Below, in pieces: positions 9,762 through 17,876 of a stretch of 47,705 bases of DNA (positions within the stretch are counted from its first letter, which is position 1; each line of letters starts with the position of its first letter). The stretch is from Candidatus Saccharimonadales bacterium (GTDB lineage: Bacteria > Verrucomicrobiota > Verrucomicrobiia > Limisphaerales > Palsa-1400). A program made the position numbers and the translations under genes. The DNA lies in contig DASRLE010000427.1 of assembly GCA_035648615.1 (NCBI GenBank), forward strand, positions 1-47,705, in the 5' to 3' direction. Below the pieces are notes generated by a model. The model was not told the origin of the DNA and did not search any database. It saw only the letters and a list, made by a program, of their open reading frames with translations.

Positions 9762-11008
9762 AAGGTCGCCTCTTTCAGTTGAATCCAGAACTTGCTCCCC
9801 TGGCCCACAGTGGATTCCACGCCAATCTGGCCGCCCATGCGTTCGACTGCCTTGCGGGCAATGGTCAAACCCATGCCAAATCCTTCATAGGTTGCCGCGC
9901 GGCCCACCCGCTCGAACATCTTGAAAATGCGGCTCTGATCCTGCGGGGCGATGCCCACGCCGTTGTCCTCCACCCACAGCCGGATGTCCGTCTCGACGGC
10001 CTCGGCCCGGATTTTGACGCGAGCCTTGGTTTTGGGCGGGACAAATTTGACGGCATTGGTCAGCAAGCTGGAAACGCACTGGGCCACGCTCGCGCCGCCG
10101 CCGAGGACCTTGGGCAGCGGTCCTTCGATCTGGATTTCCACATTGTCATTTTGCAACTCCGGGTAAGTCTTAATCACCTGCGGGACCAGCACGTTCAGAT
10201 CGATTGCTTCCAATTTCACTTCGGCATTGAGGACATGAGTGTAAGTCAGCACTTCCATGATCAAACTATCCAAGTGGGCCGCCCCGGCGGCGATCTTTTC
10301 CAGATAGTTCAACGCTTTCAGGTCAAGCTGGGCCGAATGCTCCTCCAGCAGAATTTCCGCAAAGCCGCGCATGGCTCGGAGGGGAGCGCGCATATCGTGG
10401 GAGATGCTGTAAGAAAACGCCTCGAGTTCGGCGATGGTTTCCCACAGCCGGGCGGTGCGTTCCGTGACTGTTTTCTGCAACTCGGACGCTTGACGGCAGC
10501 TTTCATTTTTGGCGGCGACCAATGCCTGCTCGTCTCGCTTGCGCGCGGCGATGTCGCGCACATTGCACTGAATGACCTGATGCGTATTTTCTTCGTAGAG
10601 GTTGGCCACGACTTCCACCGGGCGGGCCTGGCCCGTCGAGCTCACCAGCGGCAAATTTTCGTAGCGCACAAAATGCGTCCTGCGCAAGGCTCGAAACATC
10701 TTGCGACTGTCGGCCCGATCTTCGGCCAAGCCGATTTCCCAAAGCTCCTTGCCGACAAACTCGGCGTGTGTATAACCGAGGAATTGAGTCATGAACGGAT
10801 TGACGTCGGTAATTTTGCGGGTATCCGGATTGAGCAGGAGCACCCCGTCGCGCGCTGTCTCAAAAAGACGCCGGTACCGCATTTCGGAGGCGCCCAGGTC
10901 GGCAGGCGCATTTTGCGCGGACTGGAAGGCGGGCAGATGAGCGCGCGGGACCTCTTCCGTCCGTAATGCCTGCGCTTTAAGTAAGAACTTCCTCTTCACC
11001 ATCTTCAT
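9758..11008 (-). CDS. Cytoplasmic PAS-domain histidine kinase
   Basis: PAS segment YRRLFETARDGVLLLNPDTRKITDVNPFMTQFLGYTHAEFVGKELWEI. H-box FSYSISHDMRAPLRAM and ATPase boxes LLTNAVKF, DNGVGI, GFGMGLTIARKAVERMGG. Only the last 416 codons of the 794-aa track ORF look like protein. The ATG at 11008 (MKMVKRKF) is the likely start. Confidence 0.85.
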   Translation of the reverse strand: MKMVKRKFLLKAQALRTEEVPRAHLPAFQSAQNAPADLGASEMRYRRLFETARDGVLLLNPDTRKITDVNPFMTQFLGYTHAEFVGKELWEIGLAEDRADSRKMFRALRRTHFVRYENLPLVSSTGQARPVEVVANLYEENTHQVIQCNVRDIAARKRDEQALVAAKNESCRQASELQKTVTERTARLWETIAELEAFSYSISHDMRAPLRAMRGFAEILLEEHSAQLDLKALNYLEKIAAGAAHLDSLIMEVLTYTHVLNAEVKLEAIDLNVLVPQVIKTYPELQNDNVEIQIEGPLPKVLGGGASVAQCVSSLLTNAVKFVPPKTKARVKIRAEAVETDIRLWVEDNGVGIAPQDQSRIFKMFERVGRAATYEGFGMGLTIARKAVERMGGQIGVESTVGQGSKFWIQLKEATL

Positions 11009-11128
11009 AATACGCCTATAATCCCTTATGCCGCCATGGGGTATTCCCCCCATACCCCAGCCGGACACGTTTCGGGTTAAACCGCATTTTTTGGTTGATT
11101 TCACTTTAACTAAAGGAAAGATGGCCGG

Positions 11129-12562
11129 ATGAAAATCAGACCTCTTCTCGCCTGCGTGGCCGCTTGCTGTCTCGGCCTCGAGTTCACCCCTTCGGCACGC
11201 TCCCAGGAACCGCCGCGCAAACCGAATGTCCTCTTCATCGCCATCGACGACCTGACTTGTGCGCTGGGTTGTTACGGTCATCCCGAGGTCAGTTCGCCGA
11301 ACCTCGACCGCTTTGCCAAGGAAAGCGTGCGCTTCGAGCGGGCGTATTGCCAATTCCCTCTCTGCAATCCCAGCCGCTCGTCGCTCCTTAGCGGGATGCG
11401 GCCGGATACGACGAAAATCTTTGGCAATGGCGTGCGCGTGCGCGACCATTTTCCGAACGTGGTGACGCTGCCGCAGTTGTTCAAAAACAACGGCTACTTT
11501 TCCGGCCGCGTGGGCAAGATGTTTCATTACGGCGTGCCGGGCCAGATCGGCACCAGCGGATTGGATGACGCGCCGTCGTGGAATCAAGTGGTCAATCCGA
11601 GCGGGCGCGATCGCGACGACCAGGCGGACGTAATCAACTTCACTCCGTCCAACAAAAATCTGGGCGCCTCGCTCTGCTGGATGGAAGCCAAAGGCACCGA
11701 CGCCGAACAAACCGATGGCAAGGTGGCCAACGAAACGATCAAGATGCTCGAGGCGCACAAAGATGGGCCGTTTTTCATCGGCTGCGGATTTTATCGTCCT
11801 CATGTCCCGGATATTGCGACCAAACCTTACTTTGACCTTTATCCGCTGGAGAGCATCACCCTGCCGCAAGAACCGGAGGGCCACGTCGCCGGCATTCCGC
11901 CGATTGCGTTGACGGTCAAACCGGCGAATTACGGTTTGGAGTCGGAGAAACTGCGCATTTTCAAACGTGCTTACTATGCGGCAACCAGCTTTGTCGATTC
12001 GCAATTTGGCCGGGTGATGGAGGCGCTGCATCGGCTCAACTTGGACGACAATACCATCGTGGTCGTGTGGAGCGACCACGGCTGGTGTCTCGGTGAGCAC
12101 GGCCAATGGCAGAAGATGTTGCTCTTTGAGGAGTCGGCCCATGTCGTGTTAATGATTCGAGTGCCCCACGGCGAGGGCAACGGCCAAACCAGCCCGCGCA
12201 CGGTCGAGTTGGTTGATCTTTATCCCACGCTGGCCGACTTCTGCGGCTTGACGCCCCCGAGTTCGCTCGAAGGGAAAAGTTTGCGGCCGCTCTTGCGCGA
12301 TCCCAAGGCGCGCTGGGACACACCGGCCTTGACGCAAGTCACGCGAGGCAAAGGAATCATGGGCCGCTCCATTCGCACTGAAAAATGGCGCTACACCGAG
12401 TGGGCCGGCGGCGCTCGCGGCCGGGAACTTTACGATCAGGACGCCGACCCGCATGAATACCGCAATTTGGCCGGCGACCCAAAATACGCCACGACCGTCG
12501 CGGAGCTTTCGAGCCGTTTGCCGAAAGACCCGGGACCGGTGCCGAAGGAAAATATGCGTTAA
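11129..12562 (+). CDS. Secreted Cys-type sulfatase (iduronate-2-sulfatase-like)
   Basis: Signal peptide, then PNVLFIAIDDL and the formylglycine motif PLCNPSRSSLLSGMRPD, and later WSDHGWCLGEHGQW. Confidence 0.9.
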   Translation: MKIRPLLACVAACCLGLEFTPSARSQEPPRKPNVLFIAIDDLTCALGCYGHPEVSSPNLDRFAKESVRFERAYCQFPLCNPSRSSLLSGMRPDTTKIFGNGVRVRDHFPNVVTLPQLFKNNGYFSGRVGKMFHYGVPGQIGTSGLDDAPSWNQVVNPSGRDRDDQADVINFTPSNKNLGASLCWMEAKGTDAEQTDGKVANETIKMLEAHKDGPFFIGCGFYRPHVPDIATKPYFDLYPLESITLPQEPEGHVAGIPPIALTVKPANYGLESEKLRIFKRAYYAATSFVDSQFGRVMEALHRLNLDDNTIVVVWSDHGWCLGEHGQWQKMLLFEESAHVVLMIRVPHGEGNGQTSPRTVELVDLYPTLADFCGLTPPSSLEGKSLRPLLRDPKARWDTPALTQVTRGKGIMGRSIRTEKWRYTEWAGGARGRELYDQDADPHEYRNLAGDPKYATTVAELSSRLPKDPGPVPKENMR

Positions 12563-12566
12563 GGCC

Positions 12567-12923
12567 ATGTACGAAAACCGTTTCAGGCCTCTCCTGCCTC
12601 GCCGGGCATTTTATGCGCGCATGGCCACTCATGCGTTGGCGGGAGGCGGGTTGGTGGCGATTTGCCTGGGAACGGGCATGTTCGGCTACCACAGTTTCGA
12701 GAAAATGGGCTGGACGGACGCCTTCGTCAATGCGGCGATGATTCTGTCCGGGATGGGTCCGGTGACCGAATTGCATACTCAAGGCGGGAAAATTTTTGCG
12801 GGCTGTTATGCTCTCTTCAGCGGGCTGGCTTTTATCGTTTTGATCGGGCTGATTCTCACGCCCGCCATCCACCGGTTTTTGCATAAATTTCATCAAGAGG
12901 AATACAAATCCCCCCGCAAATAA
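12567..12923 (+). CDS. Small two-TM membrane protein with ion-channel-pore-like topology
   Basis: MYENRF...GGGLVAICLGTGMFGY (TM1), WTDAFVNAAMILSGMGP (re-entrant or pore-like), FAGCYALFSGLAFIVLIGLIL (TM2). There is no canonical TxGYG filter. The track ORF begins further upstream, inside the sulfatase gene. Confidence 0.55.
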   Translation: MYENRFRPLLPRRAFYARMATHALAGGGLVAICLGTGMFGYHSFEKMGWTDAFVNAAMILSGMGPVTELHTQGGKIFAGCYALFSGLAFIVLIGLILTPAIHRFLHKFHQEEYKSPRK

Positions 12924-12930
12924 ATTCCGT

Positions 12931-14109
12931 TCACTGCGCCGTCAACCCAAATCGGCTGGAGATCGGCCAGTAAACAAAGAACGACCGGCCGATCACGTTC
13001 TGCTCCGGCAATGACCCCCAATAGCGCGAATCCTCGCTATTGACCGTATTGTCACCGAAGGCAATGAAGCCGCCGCGCGGGACCGTCATTGTTTCCTCGG
13101 GCGTCCGCAGAAAGTTGCTGCGCGAGTCCAGAACGTGGCCGTTGAATTTCCCATATTTGCCATCTTCCGCCGGAGCCTTGGGGTCAAATCCGTACACGTT
13201 GGAGAAATGCGGCGTGGCCGCGTCCAGCCGCCGCCCGTTAATGCGCACATGCTGGTCTTCGCCAATCGATACCGTTTCGCCGGGCAAACCAATCAGCCGC
13301 TTGATATAAAATTGGTCCTGATTGCGGATGCCTTCGATTCCCTGCGTCTTGAAAACTATAATTTCGCCCCGCTTGGGCCGCCGGAAATTATAGGTGAAAC
13401 GATCGACAAAAAGATGGTCGCCGGTTTCTTCCTGGAAGCGCACGATCGGTTCGCCCTTGGTAAAAACAGGGTGCCGGCTCAAACCGGTGCGCATCTCGAA
13501 ATAATCGTCCGGTCCAAAATAAACATTGATCGGCGTCAACTGGCTGGCTCCTTCGTACTGCACCCACATCGTCTGCTTGTTGATGAATCCGAAGATATGA
13601 CTGAGAGGGTCCACCTTCGCCACCATCCCATTGGCAGGTGCGACGATGTCATGATAAATCTTGCCATAAACAATCAGGTCCCAAAACCGGACCGCCGGGT
13701 TGGGCATTTTGAAGTCAGGGACATCGCGCAGGTCTTTGACCTCGATGCCGTATAAAGTCGGCTCCATCGAGCCGGTGGGAATTTTGAATGGCTGGAGAAA
13801 AAAAGTGCGGATGGCCATGGCCACGACAATGGCGACGAGAAAGACCTCGATATTTTCCCGCCACTCCGCATAAGGATACGGCTTGAACCACTTATTGCCG
13901 GCTTCCTCCAGCCGGACCATTTCCCGGTCCAGCAATTCGTCGCTGCCGTTGGCGGCCAGGGCCGCCCTCGCCTCGCTCACGGTGGCGTTGACGGCCGCGA
14001 CCGCTTGCGGCGACAACACATCGCGCTGGGCATTGAGCAGTTTTTCGACATGCTTGCACATGTCGGTGGCTTGCCGGACTTTGCCGGAAAGGAACCATCG
14101 TAATTTCAT
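12931..14109 (-). CDS. lepB: Signal peptidase I
   Basis: GSMEPTLYG (catalytic Ser box), GDHLFVDRFTY, RGEIIVFK, YIKRLIGLPGETV (Lys box), GDNTVNSEDSRYWG. It lies directly downstream of lepA. Confidence 0.92.
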   Translation of the reverse strand: MKLRWFLSGKVRQATDMCKHVEKLLNAQRDVLSPQAVAAVNATVSEARAALAANGSDELLDREMVRLEEAGNKWFKPYPYAEWRENIEVFLVAIVVAMAIRTFFLQPFKIPTGSMEPTLYGIEVKDLRDVPDFKMPNPAVRFWDLIVYGKIYHDIVAPANGMVAKVDPLSHIFGFINKQTMWVQYEGASQLTPINVYFGPDDYFEMRTGLSRHPVFTKGEPIVRFQEETGDHLFVDRFTYNFRRPKRGEIIVFKTQGIEGIRNQDQFYIKRLIGLPGETVSIGEDQHVRINGRRLDAATPHFSNVYGFDPKAPAEDGKYGKFNGHVLDSRSNFLRTPEETMTVPRGGFIAFGDNTVNSEDSRYWGSLPEQNVIGRSFFVYWPISSRFGLTAQ

Positions 14110-14111
14110 AG

Positions 14112-15902
14112 TTAAGCCTTAAGCACCTCGATGAATGCTTCCTGTGGAATATTGACCGACCCGAAAGATTTCATCCGCTTTTTGCCTTCCTTCTGCTTGT
14201 CCAGCAACTTGCGTTTGCGGCTGATGTCCCCGCCGTAACATTTCGCCGTGACGTCTTTGCGCATGGCGCTGACCGATTCGCGGGCGATCACCTTGCCGCC
14301 GATGGCCGCCTGGATGGCCACCTGGTATTGCTGGCGCGGAATGACCTCCTTGAGCTTGGCCGCCAGGATGCGCCCCCGGCCCTCCGCCTTCGAGCGATGC
14401 ACAATGCAGGAAAAAGCGTCCACCGACTCGGCGTTGACCAGCATGTCGAGCTTGACCATCTCGGATTTCTCGTAGCCCGCATGTTCGTAATCCATCGAAC
14501 CAAAACCGCGCGTGATGCTTTTGATGCGGTCGTGAAAGTCAATTAGTATTTCGCTCAATGGCAGGGTGCTGGTCAGCATGACTCGCCGCGTGTCGAGCGT
14601 TTCGGTGTGGTCGATCACGCCGCGCTTTTCGGCCAGCAGCGCCATCATGTCGCCGATATATTCGTTGGGACAAATGACAAAGGCAAAAACCATCGGCTCC
14701 TCGATCTTCTCGATGTAATTAGGCTCCGGCATGAAGGCCGGGTTGTCGATTTCCTTGACCGTCCCGTCAGTCAGCGTCACGCGATACACCACACTCGGGT
14801 AAGTGGCGATAATGTCCATGTCGTACTCGCGGCGCAACCGTTCCTGGACAATTTCCAAATGAAGCAGCCCGAGAAACCCGCAACGAAAACCAAACCCCAG
14901 CGCGACCGAACTTTCCGGCTGATAGACAAAGGCGGAATCGTTCAATCCCAATTTGCCGAGGTTCGCCTTGAGATGCTCGTAGTCCGCGGTGTTGATCGGA
15001 TAAATGCCGCTGAAAACCATCGGGTGAATTTCCTTGAACCCGGGCAGCACCGGCGATGGATGCTTCGAGTCGGTGATGGTGTCGCCCATTTTGACATCGG
15101 CCGGGCTTTTGATATTGGCCGTCATGTAGCCCGTTTCGCCGACCTCCAATTTTTCGCGCTTGTAAGGCTTGGGATTAAAACTGCCGACCTCCTTCACTTC
15201 CACAGTCTTGCCCGAATGCAGCAACTGCACCTGCATCCCCGCGCGCAACTCGCCGTTAAAAACCCGCACATGCGTCACCACTCCCTTGTAAGTGTCAAAA
15301 TAAGAATCAAATCCCAAGGCCTGCAAAGTTGGCGCGCCGGTCGGCTGCGGGGCGGGAATGCGATGAACAATCGCCTCCAAAATGTCATCAATGCCAATCC
15401 CCTCTTTGGCGCTGGCCAGGATGGCCGTCTCGCCCGGGATGGCCAAAATGTCCTCCATCTGCGTCTTGGTCAGCGGAATATCGGCGTGCGGCAAGTCAAT
15501 TTTATTGATGATCGGGATGATGGTCAGATTCTGTTTGGTGGCCAGATGAACATTCGCGACCGTTTGCGCCTCCACTCCCTGCGCGGCGTCAATAATCAAA
15601 AGCGCCCCCTCGCAGGCGCTCAAACTCCGCGACACCTCATAGGAAAAATCAACATGCCCCGGCGTATCAATCAGGTTCAGTTCGTACAGCTCCCCATTCT
15701 TAGCCGTATAGGCCATCGTGACCGGATGCGCCTTGATCGTGATGCCCCGCTCCTTTTCCAGATCCATGGAATCGAGCAATTGTTCCTCCATTTCGCGGGT
15801 GGCGATAGTGCCGGTCTTATGCAGGAGCCGATCGGAAAGAGTCGTCTTCCCATGGTCGATATGGGCGATGATGCTAAAATTTCTAATATGCGCGCAGTCC
15901 AT
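14112..15902 (-). CDS. lepA: Elongation factor 4 (LepA)
   Basis: IRNFSIIAHIDHGKTTLSDRLL, LIDTPGHVDF, NKIDL, and a LepA-specific C-terminal region ending NIPQEAFIEVLKA. Confidence 0.97.
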   Translation of the reverse strand: MDCAHIRNFSIIAHIDHGKTTLSDRLLHKTGTIATREMEEQLLDSMDLEKERGITIKAHPVTMAYTAKNGELYELNLIDTPGHVDFSYEVSRSLSACEGALLIIDAAQGVEAQTVANVHLATKQNLTIIPIINKIDLPHADIPLTKTQMEDILAIPGETAILASAKEGIGIDDILEAIVHRIPAPQPTGAPTLQALGFDSYFDTYKGVVTHVRVFNGELRAGMQVQLLHSGKTVEVKEVGSFNPKPYKREKLEVGETGYMTANIKSPADVKMGDTITDSKHPSPVLPGFKEIHPMVFSGIYPINTADYEHLKANLGKLGLNDSAFVYQPESSVALGFGFRCGFLGLLHLEIVQERLRREYDMDIIATYPSVVYRVTLTDGTVKEIDNPAFMPEPNYIEKIEEPMVFAFVICPNEYIGDMMALLAEKRGVIDHTETLDTRRVMLTSTLPLSEILIDFHDRIKSITRGFGSMDYEHAGYEKSEMVKLDMLVNAESVDAFSCIVHRSKAEGRGRILAAKLKEVIPRQQYQVAIQAAIGGKVIARESVSAMRKDVTAKCYGGDISRKRKLLDKQKEGKKRMKSFGSVNIPQEAFIEVLKA

Positions 15903-16034
15903 TTATACAAATGACAATCGAAAGCAACATAACGGCGAACCGCCTCTGCGGAAAGAGGAAAGTGAAAATGCGAGCTTCCTGCGAAAATTAGAATGGCGAA
16001 AGGCGGTTCTTGCCACTCCCAGGCCCCGCCCGGA

Positions 16035-16240
16035 AAGAAAGGCAAAAAGATGGAGGCAAAAAAATCTGTTCCAATCTTTTTGCCGCCATTTTTTGCCTCC
16101 GCAACCAACGGCAACCTCGCAAATTCGAAGCGCCCGGATACCCTTAATTTTGGGGGCAAAAAGATTCGGAGCAGAATTTCCCTTTCCCTATATTTTTGCC
16201 TCGCCTTCATTTTTTTACCTGTCATTTTTTGCCTGACCTT
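16035..16240. repeat. Intergenic GGCAAAAAG / CTTTTTGCC hairpin repeat element, copy 1, plus satellite motif copies
   Basis: ggcaaaaagatggaggcaaaaaaatctgttccaatctttttgccgccattttttgcc at 16041-16097 forms a hairpin (ggcaaaaagat / atctttttgcc). Further GGCAAAAAG or TTTTTTGCC copies lie near 16147, 16192 and 16225. The core of about 85 nt (16035-16120) aligns with 24972-25060. Confidence 0.85.
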
Positions 16241-16321
16241 CCCTTGGGAGTCACAAATTTGATGTAAGCAAGAGATTCTCAGAACGAGCGCCAGGCAAAG
16301 GACGAGGTTGGAGTTCAGGGC

Positions 16322-16852
16322 TTAATCACTGTTGCTCCAGTCTAAATACGGCTTGGAAATCTTGCTGATGGTATCTGTCGGTCGCTCCTCAACCCTCTTC
16401 TGTTTCGGGTCAGAAGGAGTGAAATCAACATCCACCTTAATGTATGGGCAACCCCGATAAACAAAAGTTCGCCACGCGGCGGTCGAGAGGCCACCCTCCG
16501 TGGTGAAAACTTTTAGCAACTCTGCGCGCGTCATTCCAGGTTTAATCTTTTGACACTCGGTGAGGATGGCGGAAATCTGCTTCGTCAGGCCAGATGCTTG
16601 AGGAGAATAATAAAGCTTCATTCCAATCTTCAAACGTGACCAATCAACACCGGGATTGAATTCTAAAAGTTGCTTCACTGTCAGGCAAAGGTTTTTCGCA
16701 ATGCTTGCGGCGCTGTCGCCTGGCTGAACTAAATATATTCCGGGTTCAGGAAAGGCGGCGCGGGAAAGCGGATATGCTGGTTTGTTTGTTGCGCAACCCG
16801 CCGGCAAGCCGCTCAACGCGAGCGCGAGGCACAGGATGAGTTTGGATTTCAT
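16322..16852 (-). CDS. LysM-domain lipoprotein
   Basis: Lipobox MKSKLILCLALALSGLPAGC. LysM segment YLVQPGDSAASIAKNLCLTVKQLLEFNPGVDWSRLKIGMKLYY. The ATG at 16852 is preferred over the longer track ORF. Confidence 0.8.
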   Translation of the reverse strand: MKSKLILCLALALSGLPAGCATNKPAYPLSRAAFPEPGIYLVQPGDSAASIAKNLCLTVKQLLEFNPGVDWSRLKIGMKLYYSPQASGLTKQISAILTECQKIKPGMTRAELLKVFTTEGGLSTAAWRTFVYRGCPYIKVDVDFTPSDPKQKRVEERPTDTISKISKPYLDWSNSD

Positions 16853-16926
16853 GGTTGTTCCGGCGAAGCCGCATTCATTTTTTCGGCACTGTCGCAAAGT
16901 AAAACAAGCAGAACCGGGGCCGCTTT

Positions 16927-16987
16927 GGGGTCGGTTCCTAGTGTTTCGCACTTTTGATCAAATGTTGACACACTAGGAACCGACCCC
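16927..16987. repeat. Perfect 18-bp inverted repeat with a 25-nt spacer
   Basis: ggggtcggttcctagtgt (16927-16944) and acactaggaaccgacccc (16970-16987) are exact reverse complements. The loop is ttcgcacttttgatcaaatgttgac. It sits 75-135 nt upstream of the LysM lipoprotein start. Confidence 0.9.
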
Positions 16988-17164
16988 CACCCGACGAGTC
17001 CAAAGAGCAGCAAACTCATCACTGTCGTGTAGCAAAAGCTAACCGGCAGCACCAATGACCGCGAAGGAGTCTCGGATAAAAGCGGAGGCTTTTTCGCCGT
17101 CAACGATTCGAACATTGTATGGTTCTTTCCCATGCTTTCACACTGTCAATCGCTTACCCTTTTG

Positions 17165-17773
17165 TTAAAGCGTATCTTTGAATGCGAACTGGTGAGTTAC
17201 GTTTTTATAAGTCACCTGCACTCTCTTTGGCAATTGAGAACCCACACCGTTAACAGCACTCTTGAATATGGCATTAGCTTCGGAATATGTGCCATTGCTG
17301 ACGCCGCATAGAACAATGTTATCCGGCCACCCGGAAACAAAAGGAATTTCCTTTCCGCTGCTGCTAAACACATGTACCCTCACATCGTGCATGTATATCC
17401 AAGGACCACCAGGAGGGCGCCGAATAACAATAGCCAACGTTCCCGGCTTGCTGTCCTTGCTAAACGTAAAAACCGCTCTCATGGCTAAATTTGTGGATTC
17501 GATATTTGACGCCCCGACCGCCCAACGAATGACAGGATCATCGCCATTTGGTGATTGCAAGTCTTCCGCGAAATTGGACGACGGCAATAGAAATCCCACC
17601 ATGGTCAAAATCGCCAAAACGCGGGTGATTAAAGAATTTTGTTTGATTCGCGTTTGAAGATCTTTTTCGCTGGCATCCGGTCTCACCAGAGCGACAGGAC
17701 GGACTGTCCCGAACCGCTCACTCCCCAAGCTTGCATTGCCAGTACTTTGTTGTTGCATCTGATACATAAACAC
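17165..17773 (-). CDS. Hypothetical signal-anchored or secreted protein
   Basis: An ORF with one N-terminal hydrophobic segment (ITRVLAILTMVGFLLP). I recognise no motif. It lies in the lower-GC island. Confidence 0.6.
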   Translation of the reverse strand: MFMYQMQQQSTGNASLGSERFGTVRPVALVRPDASEKDLQTRIKQNSLITRVLAILTMVGFLLPSSNFAEDLQSPNGDDPVIRWAVGASNIESTNLAMRAVFTFSKDSKPGTLAIVIRRPPGGPWIYMHDVRVHVFSSSGKEIPFVSGWPDNIVLCGVSNGTYSEANAIFKSAVNGVGSQLPKRVQVTYKNVTHQFAFKDTL

Positions 17774-17876
17774 TGAATTTGGCGATTCGTTTCAAGATTT
17801 TCATGGAGAAACTCTTTCGTCCGCTGGTCCCCTGGTCAACAGCGTGTTTGGACCAAAAAACGAGGCGCCTTCTTCT

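Noticed and set aside
9779-10966. 395-aa plus-strand ORF
   Set aside because: It is antisense to the PAS histidine kinase and has no motifs.
11009-12142. Upstream 378 codons of the 794-aa minus-strand ORF
   Set aside because: This part is antisense to the well-supported sulfatase gene and is Arg/His/Ala-rich. The kinase-like sequence begins only at the ATG at 11008.
14607-15914. 435-aa plus-strand ORF
   Set aside because: It is antisense to lepA, whose identity is unambiguous.
16849-17133. 94-aa minus-strand ORF between island genes
   Set aside because: It reads through the perfect 18-bp inverted repeat and into the LysM gene start. Its first 55 codons or so have one hydrophobic segment and could be a micro-protein, but there is no support for that.
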